From the NCBI GenBank assembly GCA_907165135.1, contig OU015569.1:434001-498000 (forward strand): 64,000 nt of DNA, given 5' to 3'. The DNA comes from Oikopleura dioica. Taxonomy: Eukaryota > Animalia > Chordata. Below are positions 21,792-35,700 of the stretch, piece by piece. The first letter of the stretch is position 1; each line of letters starts with the position of its first letter. The position numbers and the translations under genes are program-made. A model generated the notes under the pieces. It was given only the letters and a program-made list of their open reading frames with translations. It did no database searches and was not told where the DNA came from.

Positions 21792-23489
21792 TCCAAAGAA
21801 ACAGGAAGAAGCAGAAAGTAGAATCAACTGAAGTATTGATTGTATAATTATTTGTACAGCTGTCGACCCTTTTAAGACTATGTTCCTGACGACTTCAATT
21901 TTCAATAAATAGAAAGAACCCTTTTTTTTTGCTACTTTTTCAACTTTGGCAGGACAACCTCTATAAAACCTGAGTCAGGGTCCAAAAGATCCGCAGTGAA
22001 AAGCCGCGTAGCGGCTTTTTTAAAAAACTTCGCGGCTTCGCTAATTTGCCATGAAAATGACGAAATTGATGTTGACACCCTTAATCAACTTTCCAAATTC
22101 TGGCAAAGCCGCTTTGCGGCTTCGTTTTTTAAAAAAGCCGCTACGCGGCTTTTCACTAAAGATCTTTTGGACCCTGACTCAGGTTTTCAACACAGGTTTT
22201 CCAGCCCAGATTTCGAGCAAGAGAATTTCTGTTTCGTTTTTTCCCACCAAGGGGCAAAAAAAAATTAGCAATCGGGACAATCTGAAATCCAGGAAATCAG
22301 TAATCTGGGCAGCTCAGATTTTACGCATGAAAAGAGTTCACCATCTAAAATCAGCAATTTTTAAATCTAGCCTGGAACGAGCATGATTTCACGAGAGTTT
22401 CATTTTCCAACTTCCAGTAAAATTGACGATAAATACTGTAGATAAGAAAAGCACAGCAGGTCTTCTCATTCCCAGGCAGATTTTCGACAAGAATTGGTCG
22501 TGACCAAATGAACTTGAAATTTAAAATTTTCGGAGCAAAAACTGAATCTCAATTTTCGCGAAAAAAGACGCTTTTTCATATTGGCTCAGTACCAACTACT
22601 AAAGAACGCGATCGATCCCCTTCTCTTTTTTTTCTTTCTAGCGATTTTTCAAAAGCGGTTTTTAAAGATTGAAACAGATTTTCAACGAATCGAATTTGCG
22701 CTCAACAATCTGTGTAGAAAACCTGAGTCAGGGTTTATCTTCGCAAGATTATTTATCAAGCATTGTTCGAATTCTTCAAGACCCCTGACTCAGGTTGTCT
22801 ACACAGGTTTCCGACCCCAGTAACAATCCAGAATTTTTCGGATTTGTCGATTGTGGATTTGAGCATCCGATTTTCACGCTCGATTTCCGATCATCCAAGC
22901 TGTTTGGAATCGTCGCCGCGGTCTTTTTTTGATGCCGGTCTAAACATTTCTTTCTAAATTCCGGAAGCACTGTAGCTTTACGAGTCGCCCAGTCAACATT
23001 GCCAAGCCCAAAGTTGCGCCATAAACAGACAATTACCCTGTCGCCCATTTTCATAGTTAATTCGAAATCGACTTGAAAAGGTCAGACAAACCATGCGTGA
23101 AAAATAACCACTTATTACTTGTCTTCAATTTTCTTCTTCCTTTTTTTTCAGTTGGAGAAATTTTTGGAAACTTGCTTTACTAAATACTAGTTGAATTGAG
23201 GACAAAAATGTTTATTTCAATAAAAGATAACTGTAGACTAGGCTCGGCAACCTGTGTAAAAACCATGAGTCAGGTTCTGAAAGAGCTAAAATGAAAAGCC
23301 GCGCAGCGGCTTTTTTAAGAACGAAGCAGCGAAGCGGCTTCGCTAATATAACCATTACAATCTATCAAAAATTCTAGCTCTTTAGGACCTGACTCAGGTT
23401 TTCTACACAGGTTGCTGAGCCCAGACTGCAGGCTTTTAGGCAGTTTAATGCAATCATCTGGTAATATTCTTCTGGCAGTTGAAAATTTC

Positions 23490-24974
23490 GTCTAGAACTC
23501 TGGTTGTGGAGCAGTTGGCGGTTTTGGGTATTCAACTTTTCCAGTTATCGGATTGTAACGGCCGGATCCTCCTTCCAAGTATTCTTTCGGCTTGTGACGA
23601 GGTTCAGAAGGGTAGACTTTCGGAATGACCTTGCGCCGCCCGATTTTGCTGAAATATTTTTTAGATGAATGATTTGATATTAATTTTTGTACCTGACGCT
23701 TTCACTTATGGCCAAAGAAGACTCAGCCCATTTCGTCATTGTAGAGTCGATCTAAATTTTCGTAGTCCATGTTGTTTAAAAAATCGATTACCGTTTCGTC
23801 GTCGCTATCAGTTTCTTGCCGATTAGCGGCGAAGAAGTGCCCAACTTCTGCATCCCAGGCTGTTTTCTCACTCTTCAAGCATTTCATTTCTGTTTCGAGC
23901 CGTCTTAGTCTCTCCTTGAGCGCAGCATTTTCATCCTTCAAGACTTGATTTTCTGGTTTGACGATTTTCTTGGCAACGGCTGTCGGTTCCTTCAATAGCT
24001 TCTGCAAGTCGTTTTTTCTTGGCTTTGAGCTTCCAACTGTGACCCATTCTGCTTCATCAAAATTATCGAGTTCAAGCTAAGAGTATTTTATTGAGAAATA
24101 ATTCATAGAGTCGAAAGTACCTGAGGAGTAGGTCTTTCTCCTGATGAAGGCTTCTCCTCTTGAGGCTTGAGATTTTCTTCCTTCGAATCGTCATTCTTCT
24201 GCTTGTTGATTTGTTTTGCTGGTTGTTTCTTTTTCTCTTTCTTCGGCTTCTGTTTTCCCGCGTCTTTTTTCCCCTTTGATTTTTCATCTTCTTCTTCGAC
24301 CCAGTCAGGAATCTGGTATTCTTCTCTGTCGACGATGCTTACTTCATAAACAAATGAAGCAAGAATGAGATCTGGGTATATGGGTGAAGGCTCGTACGGT
24401 TCGAATTCGATCGAAGGCTCTTAATTTAATGAGCTTTTATAAGCAAGCTAAAGAAATAAATATTCTTACCAACATCACTAGAAATAGGAAAGAACAAGAT
24501 ACGATCATGAACGTCCACTAAATTAGCTTTATCAACGCACGGTCCCACGCAAATATACGCTTTTCCGCCAGATGATCTATCGGACAGCAAATTTTCGATG
24601 TCATCCAATTTCGTTTTAGCTAAATCAATTAATCCGTAACTGCGTGATTTAGGCATCTTCGGATTATGGATCATTTCAATTGCATACGAGTTGGGCGAGA
24701 GAAATGTCCAATCTCCATGCAACAACGATACCATTTTGATATTCACGTCGTGGATCAATTTCGGGCGACCCCACGGCTGAAGATCTTCAGGCAGTACTTG
24801 GATTAAATATCTTCCTTTGCTGATCCTCTTGACTTCTTTGGTAACAATTGCCTCCATCTTCTTCACATTGTCGTTAAACACACGTTCTCTAATAGATTTG
24901 GGGCTTGCATCGAAAGGGGATGTCCAAGTAAACGACCGGCCGTTTGAAATAACCATTTTTTCAGTAGACAACAT
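23490..24974 (-). CDS. Four-exon hypothetical protein with coiled-coil and low-complexity C-terminal half
   Basis: The ORF at 24974 splices at G|GTAAGA to an exon starting ~24423, then CAG|GTAC to an exon starting ~24078, then AG|GTAC to a last exon ending PTAPQPEF-stop. One homopolymer frame correction is needed near 23733. Confidence 0.55.
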
Positions 24975-25669
24975 TCTCTAAGCAAAATATCTCACAGACC
25001 AAAGTACGAAGACGGGCGACTCAAGTTTTTTTTTTGAAATCAAAAATCAAAAAAGCAAAAACAATTCTCGAAAAATAAATCTGAATTCAATGACTCATTT
25101 ATTCCCATTCTATTGACAGGTGACAATAAAGGATTCTCGCTCTTCTCAATTATGAAGAAATATTGAGAATGTAAAATTAATAAGCTGCGACAAAAAAAGC
25201 CGCCCAGAGTTCTTTTTCATTGTCAGAAATAAAAAAGAGAGTCCATGAAATCAAATTAAAATGTGGCAAAACATCAGCAGACTCATCCCACAACCTTACA
25301 AGCTGGGCTCGGCAACCTGAGTAGAAAACCTGAGTCAGGCTCTGGAAGAGCTAAAACGAAAAGCCGCGCAGCGGCTTTTTAAAAACGAAGCCGCAAATTT
25401 TATTAAAACTCCTGGCGTTTAAAAAGAAGCCGCTACGCGTAGGGTGGCCACATAAAAATAAGACCCCGAAGAATCCCCCCAAAACCCCCCCTAGAATGTT
25501 GCACGTGATCAGTAGAATCACGTAGATAAGAAATAAAACTAGAATCAAGGGAGTTTCTTTGAAAAAATTGAGATCAAAAGTCTCGAAAACAGCTAAAATA
25601 GCCAAAAATCAGAAAAATCACCAGCGGAGTCACGTGACCTTGAATTTTTTGGTTTTCTTTCCTGATTTT

Positions 25670-26458
25670 GAAAGATAAGGGCGAAACTCATCCACAGTAA
25701 GTGCAGCTCCGACCATGATCAACCATGGTCGGATTTAAGGGGCTTGACGGCCCTTCGGGCCGTCTCAGCCCTATCCCTTAATTTCTAAATTTAAGGGGCT
25801 TGACAAAGGCGGGGAGATCTGAGTTGATCATTCTCAGGGTTAATGATGGCCGATTTTTTATGTGGCAGCCCTAGCTACGCGGCTTTTCAATTTAGCTTTT
25901 CCAGAGCCTGACTCAGGTTTTCTACTCAGGTTGCCGAGCCCAGCTTACAAGATCGAGCGAGTCGACTGCGAAGAGGAACTTAAAACTAGAGTTGTCAAAA
26001 TTGTTCAAAAAATAAAAAAAATCTGTTTTATTTTTGCAAAATTGCCAACTCTTTGAGAAGCGGTCAGTTTTTCTTTATGGAAATGTTTCAAAAACACTTC
26101 AGTTTTTAATTCAATTTTTTGAAAGAAGCGAATTTGAAAACAGAGTTTGAAGCTGGTCTTTTGCATTTGTATTTCCTTGTTGATGGTCGTTTCCACCTGG
26201 CTGATGGTGAGCATCGTCCGCGCTCTGCTTGGATACGAAGACTTCGACGAACCCAGCTACTCCGAATACGTGTAAGTTAAAAAAGAAGCTCGCAAGATTG
26301 TTGATGAATTGGTAGTTCTCCGCTTGAGTTCATGGCTGTCGCCTTTTCCGGCATCAAACAAAAGGTCTTTCTTGGAGCTCAAGCTCAAGAACGGATCTTC
26401 CAAAATGACGAGGCGGAGAATAATGATGATGATGATGATCAACTGCACGAACTTTGAA
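25670..26458 (+). CDS. Small multi-exon membrane protein (5' end not found)
   Basis: Exons ...-25696, 25944-~25991, ~26143-26272 and ~26315-26458 are phase-compatible: TYKIERVDCEEELKTR|SLKLVFCICISLLMVVSTWLMVSIVRALLGYEDF...QLHEL-stop. Confidence 0.5.
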
Positions 26459-26781
26459 TGCCATTTTTTAATTTCAATACGAAAAAAAAGAAACAAAATT
26501 TCATCAATTTGGCTCGGCAACCTGTGTAGAAAATCTGAGTCAGGGTCTTCAAAGTAAAAAGTTTTATTCTTTCTTTTCTTGCTTTGGGAAGAGATTGTTA
26601 GAATAGATCAAAGGAAAAAAAATAGTTTAAGAATAAAAGCATTGAATTAAAAACAGAATCAGGGTCGATGATCGTAAAAAAAACATGCAATTTTCTAAAA
26701 AAAAACCGTTATCAAATCTGGACTCTTGCGATTTCTTAGAATTTCATTGAGTTTGATAATCATTTATTTACATTTTGAATT

Positions 26782-29258
26782 TTACAGTAAAGTGATGTTG
26801 TATCTTACATAACAACCGTACTCATAATCTCCATACTTGTATTTTATTTTCTGCTTCTGTCCATCCGGCTCGCTTGTAACATCTCCTCTGCTCATCTCGT
26901 TTCCATTGTAACGAACAATCTCCTGCACCACGGCTTTGAATCGAACTCCGCCGTCTAAAATTAAATTTTTAAAATTGAAAATTTTCTTTCTTACCTTTGC
27001 TTCCGATCCAGAGATGATGCCAACCATCTCCTTTATAACCACCTTGGAACTTGAGATTCCATCCATTCTCCGCCACCTCCAACCAGTTACCACTCCCAAA
27101 CTTCGCGGAGAGTTTTTCGAAAATCTCTTTTCGCTTAAAAATTAAAAACTCCCGTTCCTTCAAGTTTATTTTGTTTTCGCCGAAAGACAGCAGCTTCAGG
27201 ATGTTTCGCACTTCTTTTTTGAACATCTCATTTCTTACTCCACCATAACCTTTTCCTTTATCATCTTCAAAGTAATGCCCCGCGCCGCCGACCGCTCCCA
27301 ACTCTCTTCTCAATTTCTCCAGCTCATTTCTCCTCTTCTCATCGACTCTTCTTTCCACTCTTTGAACTGGCTGAACAATTGGCGCCGCAACTCTTCTCAA
27401 ATCAAATTCTCCTCGTTGTTGTCTCTCATTTGAAGCTTCTTGTCTTCTGTATTTAAACTGATCAAGTTCTCTCTTCAAATCCGCAATTTGTTTCTTCTGA
27501 TTTCGATTTTCAATTCTCAAATTTTCTTCAATTTGATTTTTTCGCTCGTTTTCAACCAAAATGTTTTTCATGTCTTCTTCTTGCTTTGCCACTTTTTGCT
27601 TCAAATTTGAGATTTCGGCGAGGAATTTCTAAAAATGGCGATTATTTTTGATAAAAATAACTGAACTGTGAAATTCTTAAAAAGAGGTCGATATTTTGAA
27701 ACAAGAAATCGCGACTAAAATCGGAAATCATTGTCGCTTTAGAATCTAAAGTTTAGATAAACTTACTCGATTTTGAGAGGAAAGAGCTTTTTCATTTTGC
27801 TTCTTTTCTTCGTTTAGTCGATCTTGCAGTTGATTAATGATCGCGGCTTTTCTTTCGCTTTCTTCCTTGATTTCATCAAAATTCGCGAGTCGGTTTTGCA
27901 ATTCTTGAATTATCATGTCTTTTGCCTCATCTCTTCCTTGAGTCTTTCAACTTCGTCATTTTCAATTGGAAATGGAGAGGGAACAATGCTGCTCGCTCGC
28001 TCTCCACTTTCGATTCTTTCCAAGAAATCAACGAAGACAGCTTCATTTCGCAGCTCAATCGTATTTCTCGGCCTCTCGGTCCTTTCAACTTTTGTGCATT
28101 TTTCGAGAAGAACTTCGAACTCTTCAACTTCGTCCGTTTCGCCGAAGATTTCAAACAGCGACGTCCGTTTTCCAGTTTGAATGTTCGCCACTAGAAAAAG
28201 CAAATTAAACGGCTTTAAAATAAACCAAGAATTTTACTTATTTCTCCAGTGAGCGCTGGTTGACCATCGACTCGGCCAAAAGGATGTTCCAAAGTGAGGA
28301 CTTCCTGGAAAAAATGCGTCATTTTAATTTCTCACAACTATTTTTCAACAACCTGTAAAATCAAGGCGAAACCCCAAACATCCAGACGCGGGGACTTTTT
28401 TGCCTCCTCTTCCTTCTTGTGCATTTCTAGGAAAAACACTTGTTTCTATGTTTTCTCTATCGCTAACCTGGAGCTGCATACAAGGGCGTGCATTTGATTC
28501 CATCGCCACTTGAAGTCGTCAATGAAGCCTCCACCGACCGGACTGAATGGGCGCTTCCGAAGTCGCCGATTTTCACCTGAACAAGTTTAGTTTTACGCCA
28601 AGGTTTTGAATTGTTTTGTTACCGTGATATAGTCTCGGGCCACAAATATATTTGCGGGTTTGAGGTCGAGATGGACCTTATTTCTTCCGTGGCAGTAGCT
28701 CAGCCCTGAGATCATTTGAGCTGCGATGATTCTCGCCTCGTCCAGCGTTGTTCGTCGCGCGGCTTGTTTCATCTTCTCGATCCAGTCGACGAGACTGCCG
28801 CCAGCGCAGTACTCCATGATGATGAAGCTCATCGCTCCGAACTCGGCCCAGTCCGGAGTTTGTCGATCGAGGAAGTCGACAAAGCGGACCACATTCGCGT
28901 GATCTATATATTTTACTTCTGATAGTCGCTTGAAAAACGTGAAAATTATAATTTCGAGGTTTTGCTAAGAAATTGCTCGAAATTATCTGCAATCATTCAA
29001 CTTGCTTACCTAGCTCCCGAAGAGTCGCTGCTTCATGCTGCGTGCTTTTCCAGTGGCTTGCGTTTTGGAGCAAAATCGCCTTGACGATGACAGTCTCTCC
29101 CGTCGCGGTATCCAAAGCGGTCGTCACTCCCTGGTTCGTTTCAAATTGCCCAACATCGATGTTCGCGTACTTTCCATCTTTCTTTCAAAAAGTTACAAAA
29201 TCAATTGTAAATCACTTTCATTCTTATTATTTCGTAACTTTAACAGACTCTCACTCAT
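26782..29258 (-). CDS. Atypical Ser/Thr protein kinase with coiled-coil and unrecognised C-terminal domain (paralog 1)
   Basis: Kinase motifs VIVK, MEYCAGGSL, HLDLKPAN, DFG, YAAPE and DVWGF lie across GT-AG exons, followed by a long coiled coil and a GWNLKFQGG...HHLWIGSK domain. Homopolymer frame breaks are present. Confidence 0.8.
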
Positions 29259-29826
29259 TTTAGCGTAGTTTCTCGCTCAAAGATTGCTTCTCTTGCAGCA
29301 GAATTTGCAGTGTTTGAGAAGTGCGATCGCATTCGCTTTCTGCAAATATTTGACTGTTGAGCTGAGCCGACGATTTTGGCTCGATTCAGCATTCGTTAGT
29401 TAGAATTCTTCTTGCAAAAAATATATCCCTTGCTAATTGAAATTCTAGCCGTTTCCACGAGCTGTGCCTGCGAATGACCTGGAAAAACAAGAGTAAACAA
29501 GAAAATATTCTTCTAAATGTAAACTTATTTTATTGAGATGATAACGCCTGCTACTCAAAACAAAACAAACGGAGAAATACATGTAAACAAAGTAAAAAGT
29601 TTTATTCTTTCTTTTCTTATTTTGGCAAGAAATTGTAAGAATAGATCAAAAGAAAAAAAAATAGTTAGTAAGAAAAAATGTCGAATTGAAAACAGAATCA
29701 GGGTCGATGATTGTAAAAAAAACATGCAATTTTCTAAAAAAAGCGTTATCAAATCTGGACTCTTGCGATTTCTTATTTAAATTGAATTTCATTGAGTTTG
29801 ATAATCATTTATTTACATTTTGAATT

Positions 29827-32072
29827 TTACAGCAAAGTGATGTTGTATCTTACATATGCCAAGTGACCGTACTTGTATTTGATTTTCTGCTTCTGTCCAT
29901 CCGGCTCGCTTGTGACTTCTCCTCTGCTCAGCTCGTCTCCATTTTCAACATTAATCTCCTGCACCACGGCTTTGAATCGAACTCCGCCGTCTAAAATTAA
30001 ATTTTTAAAATTGAAATTTCACTTTCTTACCTTTGCTTCCGATCCAGAGATGATGCCAACCATCTCCTTTATAAATATGACCACCTTGGAACTTGAGATT
30101 CCATCCATTCTCCGCGACCTCCAACTTCTGACTATACAAAAACTTCGCGGAGAGATTTTCGAAATTCTCTTTTCGCTTAAATATTAAAAACTCCCGTTCC
30201 TTCAAGTTGATTTTGGTTTCGCCGAAAGACAGCAGCTTCAGGATGTTTCGCACTTCTTTTTCTTGCATCTTATTTCTTACTCCACCAACCAAAGGACCTT
30301 TATCATCCTGAAAGTAATGCCCCGCGCCGCCAACCGCTCCCAACTCTCTTCTCAATTTCTCCAACTCATTTCTCCTCTCCTCATCAACTCTTCTTTCGAT
30401 TTCCTGAACTGGCTGAACAATTAGCGCCGCATCTCTTCTCGAATCAAATTCTCCTCGTTGTCGCCCTTCATTCGAAGCTGCTTGTCTTCTATTTTTGAAT
30501 TGATCGAGTTCTCTCTTCAAATCATCAATTTCTTTCTTCATATTTCGATTTTCGATTTTCAAATTTTCTTCAATTTGATTTTTTCGCTCGTTTTCAGCCA
30601 AAATGTTTTTCAAGTCTTCTTCTTGCTTTGCACCTTTTTGCTTCAAATTTGCGATCTCGGCGAGGAATTTCTAAAATAAAAAATAATTTTTAAAAAGATT
30701 AAAATTAAATTATGAGCCACTGCCATTTTTAAAAATGTTACCTGTTCATTTTCTTGTTGTTCTTCACAAATTTGCTTGAGTTCCCGAATTTTCCTCTTTC
30801 TATTTTGATTTTTCTCAAGTTTCGCTTCCAGCTCGCTTATCCTCCTCTTCTGCGCCTCAATCAAACTCTCCTGCTGCTGATTGGTTTCCCTCAGTCTCCT
30901 GATGATTTCTTCCGGAGGAGCAATGATTTCATTTGGAGCTTCGCCGCTTTCGATTCGCTCCAAAACTCGCAAAAGATCGCTTCGCCGCGCAGTTGAAGCG
31001 CGTTTTCGGGCCGAAGCAGTTTTCGAGGATTCAGGCATTTTCGGAGAAGAATTTCGAAGTCGACCATTTCTTCGTTTTCGCCGCGGATTTCGGCGATTTT
31101 TGTTCGTTTGTTTTCGCAAATGTTTTGAACTGAAGAAGTTTTCTTTTAAAAACCATCGATTCATTTTACCGATTTTGGGTTGAATTTTAGTTGGTCTTCC
31201 ATCAACTCGGCAAAAGCGTGCTCAAAAGTCAAAAGTTCTTGAATAATGTGGCCGAATCCCCAAACATCTAGGCGGGCTGATCTTCTAAGAGCTTCGGTAA
31301 ACGACTCTTTTTACGAATTCGACATTATCGGTATCACATCCTAAATATTCAGAAGTAGTCAAATTCCTTCCTGGAGGGGTGTAAATCAGCGTATTCTTGA
31401 CTCCCTCAGTGCTTGTTCCTTGAATTGTCGCCTCGATTGACCTCAGTTGCATGACGCTTCCGAAATCGCCGACCCGGATCTATTTTTTTTTTCAATCAGA
31501 GAATTTCACTCCAAAAAGTACTTACAGTGATGCCATCGCCTTTTATGAACACATTTTGCGGCTTGACATCCAGATGCGCGATGTCCCTTGAGTGGCAAAA
31601 GCCAGCGCGGAAATGATTTGAGCGCCGATCAACGCCACTTCTTCCGCGCTTGTCCATCGCCCCTGCTGTTTTCTTCGTTCGATCCAGTCGCTCAGGCTTC
31701 CAAGCTCGCAAAACTCCATGACCAGAAACGAAATCGAAGTGAGCTTGAACCAGTCCGGTCTTTCCATCGGCAAGAAATCGACGAACTGGACGATGAACTG
31801 GTTTCCGCCGCTCAGCATTTCCAGATTTCTCGCTTCTTCTTCAGTTTCCTCGATCTGGCTCGAACTGATCATTTTGATCCATTTCAAGGCGACGATTTGG
31901 CCGCTCTGGTTGTCCCTTCCTCTTGTGACGCCTCGGCCGCCGTCGAATTTCGACTCAAGGATTCCAGAGTATCGCCCGTCTTTCTTTCAAAGAGTTTTGA
32001 AAGAAATCCCAATCAAAATTAAATGAAATCTTATAAAAACTGTTTTTGAAACTCTAACAATGATCGCGCCAT
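29827..32072 (-). CDS. Atypical Ser/Thr protein kinase (paralog 2, tandem duplicate)
   Basis: Motifs VALK, MEFCELGSL, HLDVKPQN, DFG, YTPPE and DVWGF. Same C-terminal domain as paralog 1. GA-AG intron at 31370-31307. Start codon uncertain. Confidence 0.8.
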
Positions 32073-32761
32073 CTTCAAAAAATGAAAAAATCAGAAGCTC
32101 TCCTTTTTCTCTCAGAGTAAGATTGTTTGAGTAAAGAGGGCGAGATTTGGAATTTTCTGCGTTTCTGAGTTTGCAGTTAATATTTGAACTTGTCTGCCCG
32201 CGCGTCACTGCTATTTGAAGAGGAAGTGGTAGAACGCGCAAAATCGGCGAATTCTGAGTTCTCAAAAAATGAAGATAGGACATCTATTAAAAGTTCTTCC
32301 TCTGGGAGACGCAACAAACAGGTTTTTACACAGGTTGCCGAGTTAAGATCGAAAATACTCTGGGCTCGGCAACCTGTGTAGAAAACCTGAGTCAGGGTCC
32401 AGAATTCGAATGAGCGATTGAAATGATTATGTTCGCGAAGCCGCTTTGCGGCTTCGTTTTTAAAAGCCGCTTTGCGGCTTTTCATTTTGGCTCTTCCAGA
32501 CCCTGACTCAGGTTTTCTTCGCAGTTTGCCGAGCCCAGATCTTCAATTGGCTGTTTTATCTTTTAACATTCAATTCTCCTTGTTTCTTCTTTTGTTATCT
32601 CTTGTTCTATCAACCCCTGCCAGAACTTATAGGGAGTCGGATAAGAGATAGGATCACGCTCTGATTGCCTGACCGGGCGGAATTTTAGCATTTAGCGTTT
32701 TGCATATAAGTCACGGGAGTCGTTCAAAACGCGAGAAAAAAGAGAAAGAGCGAAAATTCTC

Positions 32762-35700
32762 ATGCGAAGCTCTTCTTTGCTTTTTCCGGCGACGGCGCTG
32801 GCTTCTAGCTCTCCGGACTGGTCGACGGCGCGTTGGTCCAAGTGCTCCGCTCCTTGCGGGATCGGAATTCAAACGACTGTAAGTGTGTTCAAATTACAAT
32901 TGCAGGTTCGATATTTGTTTTATTAGGAAGTCGGCGGAGAAAGCTTCAACCGAGTTTGCAACGTCGAGTCTTGCTCAATCTACGATGAAGGGAGTTCTGC
33001 CCAGTTCCTGCCCGATCCGAAAATGGATCTTCCAACGTCTTCCTCGACCTGGAGAAGCACCGGGGGCAGCATCGTCGCCGTCACCGAAGCCTACGACGGA
33101 ACCGGTTTCAAATGGAAAAACCGCGATCAGCAGTGGAAAGGAATGACCACCAATTTCCCCTGCTCAGCGCTCCGGGCTCGGCAACCTGTGCAGAAAATCT
33201 GAGTCAGGGTCTATAGATCTAAAATCAAGGAAGATATATAGGAAGATAAGAAGCGAAGCGGCTTCGTTTTAAAAAAGCCGCTACGCGGCTTTTCATTTTA
33301 GATCTTTCAGACCCTGACTCAGGTTTTCTACACAGATTGCCGAGCCCAGTCAGCGCTCGTCGATCACGACCAAGAACTCTTTGTCGCCAAGTTTTTCATC
33401 AAACTCGTCGGCGAGCACGGCGTCTTTGGCGTCATGCCCCAAGTGGTCGTCACATTCGCCAGCGGCGCGTCGAAAATTTATCTCAACTTTGGCGAGCAAT
33501 CGGTCTCCGCCGAAGATGGACTCGACAACGAGTGGTTCGAGATCGCCCAGACGAGGTTGATGACGGCCGCTTCCGATCACGGGATCACTGCCGAGCAGGC
33601 AGCGGACGAGAGTTTCATGACTTGCCGCTTCGCCGCAGTCGTGCGAGACCCGGCAATCACCTATCTCGCCGACCAGGCGTATTTAACCACCGAAAGCAAT
33701 TTGGCCTCGATGGTGCCCAAAGAAGATCTGCTCTTCAACGGCGACTTCGAAATCGCAACCGACAACGGCCTCTTCCCCATCGGCCCTGGCTGGCAGTCGC
33801 AAAGCAACGCAGTCCTAGAGACCGTTTACGACAACGACGCTCCTTCCGGAAAAGCGTATCTGCGCGCGAGAGATCGTCAAAGCACCGATTCTGGAATTTA
33901 CCAGTTGTTGGATTTGGACGAGTTCGACCGGAGCCGCCCCGTCGAGTTCCGATTCTGGGGCAAGTTTTCGGAAGAAAGCCAGGCGCGAGCGATCATGGAG
34001 GACGACGGATGGAACAAGCTCTCGCTCAACTTGGTGGTCGATTACATCACCGACGGAGTCGCCGATTCCTACTCGATGTTCTGCACTTCCGGCTGCGTCA
34101 TTCCGGACAATCAGTGGCGCCAGTACGCCGGCATTTGCGGCTTGGACGAGTGGCTGATCTCCACCCCCGCCACCGTGATCGACCAGATCACCGAAGTCAA
34201 GGTAAAAATCAACGGCGCCGAGCCAGGAACGATCATGGACTTGGACAACATTCGCGCGGCCCCGTATGTTCGAAAAGAAGAGTGGAAAGCCGGCGCGAAT
34301 CTGAGAATCGACGAGTTCAGGAAAAACAATGTCGACATTGACGTCCTCGGATTTCCGGATGGAAGCAGAATCAGCTTCGAGCAGCTGAGCTACGAATACC
34401 CCTGGGGATCGAAGTGGAACTGGGAGTGCGAAGAAGTCGTGCCAGATTACAAGAACTACTTCCCTTGGTACTTCAACTACGGATTCATCACCAACGAGAT
34501 GAAGTGGCAGGCGGTCGAGAGGATCAAGGGAGTAAGAGATTACACAAAAGGAAGGGACGCGCGATTTTTTCTTGAAATTCTTGTTTTTATTTCTTTTTTG
34601 TCAAGCTCGGTACTATCGGTAGGGTCGTTAATTTGAGGGTTCAAAGCAGCAAAGGGGAGCAAAAGCAGTTCAACTGCGAGATTCATCTTCTTTCGAGAGC
34701 GTTAACTTCCGGATTGCCGACGATTTCTTCCAATTTAGCGAGAATCTTGGACTGATCTAGACGAAAATTGAAAAATTGAAAAATGAAAATTGAAAATTTG
34801 AAAATTGAAAAATTCAAAATTCAAAAACTGGTTGCTCAATTTTTGAAAAAAAAGAAACTCTACCTTGTTGATTTCCTGTGAGCTCAAAAATGGAGTCAGC
34901 AAAGACTCTGTTGAGTTCCAGTTGCTGATTTTGCAGTCGGCACAGGTCCATCGTCACGTCTAGAAATTGAAAATTGAAGCTTTTCAATTGAGCTGTATAG
35001 ACTTACAGAGGTTGGCAAGGAAGAGCGCCGTCAAAATGCAGAAAAACGCCAGTTTCAAGCCGTTGAAAATGAACTCTTTAGAAGAGACACTTTCACGGGC
35101 AATGAGGCTTTCTTTCATCTCGTCTCTCAGCATTTTTGTCACTAAATTGGGCTTTTACAGTTAGTGCTACCGTAGGCAACTGGTCAGTCAATTTGCAGTC
35201 AATAATTTTTGGTGATAATTTCAGACTGCCCTAGTTTTGTTTCTTTTTTCTTTTCTCTTTTTGAGTGATTATTTCTCCGCGAAAGCCTGTTCATATAATG
35301 CCCAACTCCTGGGAAACAACCGTATCTCTCACGCAGCGTAGACAGTAGCTCATACTATTAGTTCTCAAGGTCTTTTTCCGCAGCATCCTTAAAAGGCGAT
35401 TTCATCAGCGAGCGATTCCAAAACTGGAGCATTCCTCTTTCCGGCAACACGATTTTTGGGAAGTCGAAAAACTGTTGGCGGGAACGATCCGAAGGCGACT
35501 CCTCCTTGGTTCAAGGAAGAGTGGGCCGCCGCGATCGCCAACGGAGACGATTTGGAACCTTATCGAGAAATGATGCTGGCCCATGCGAGGGAAGTGCTCG
35601 AGCGGTACAAGGGGAAGAACAGGAGCTACAAGGTCTTCAACGAGCCGGTTCATGGCGAACAGTACCGAAAGAACTTGCCTGGCATCTGGCAGGACATGTT

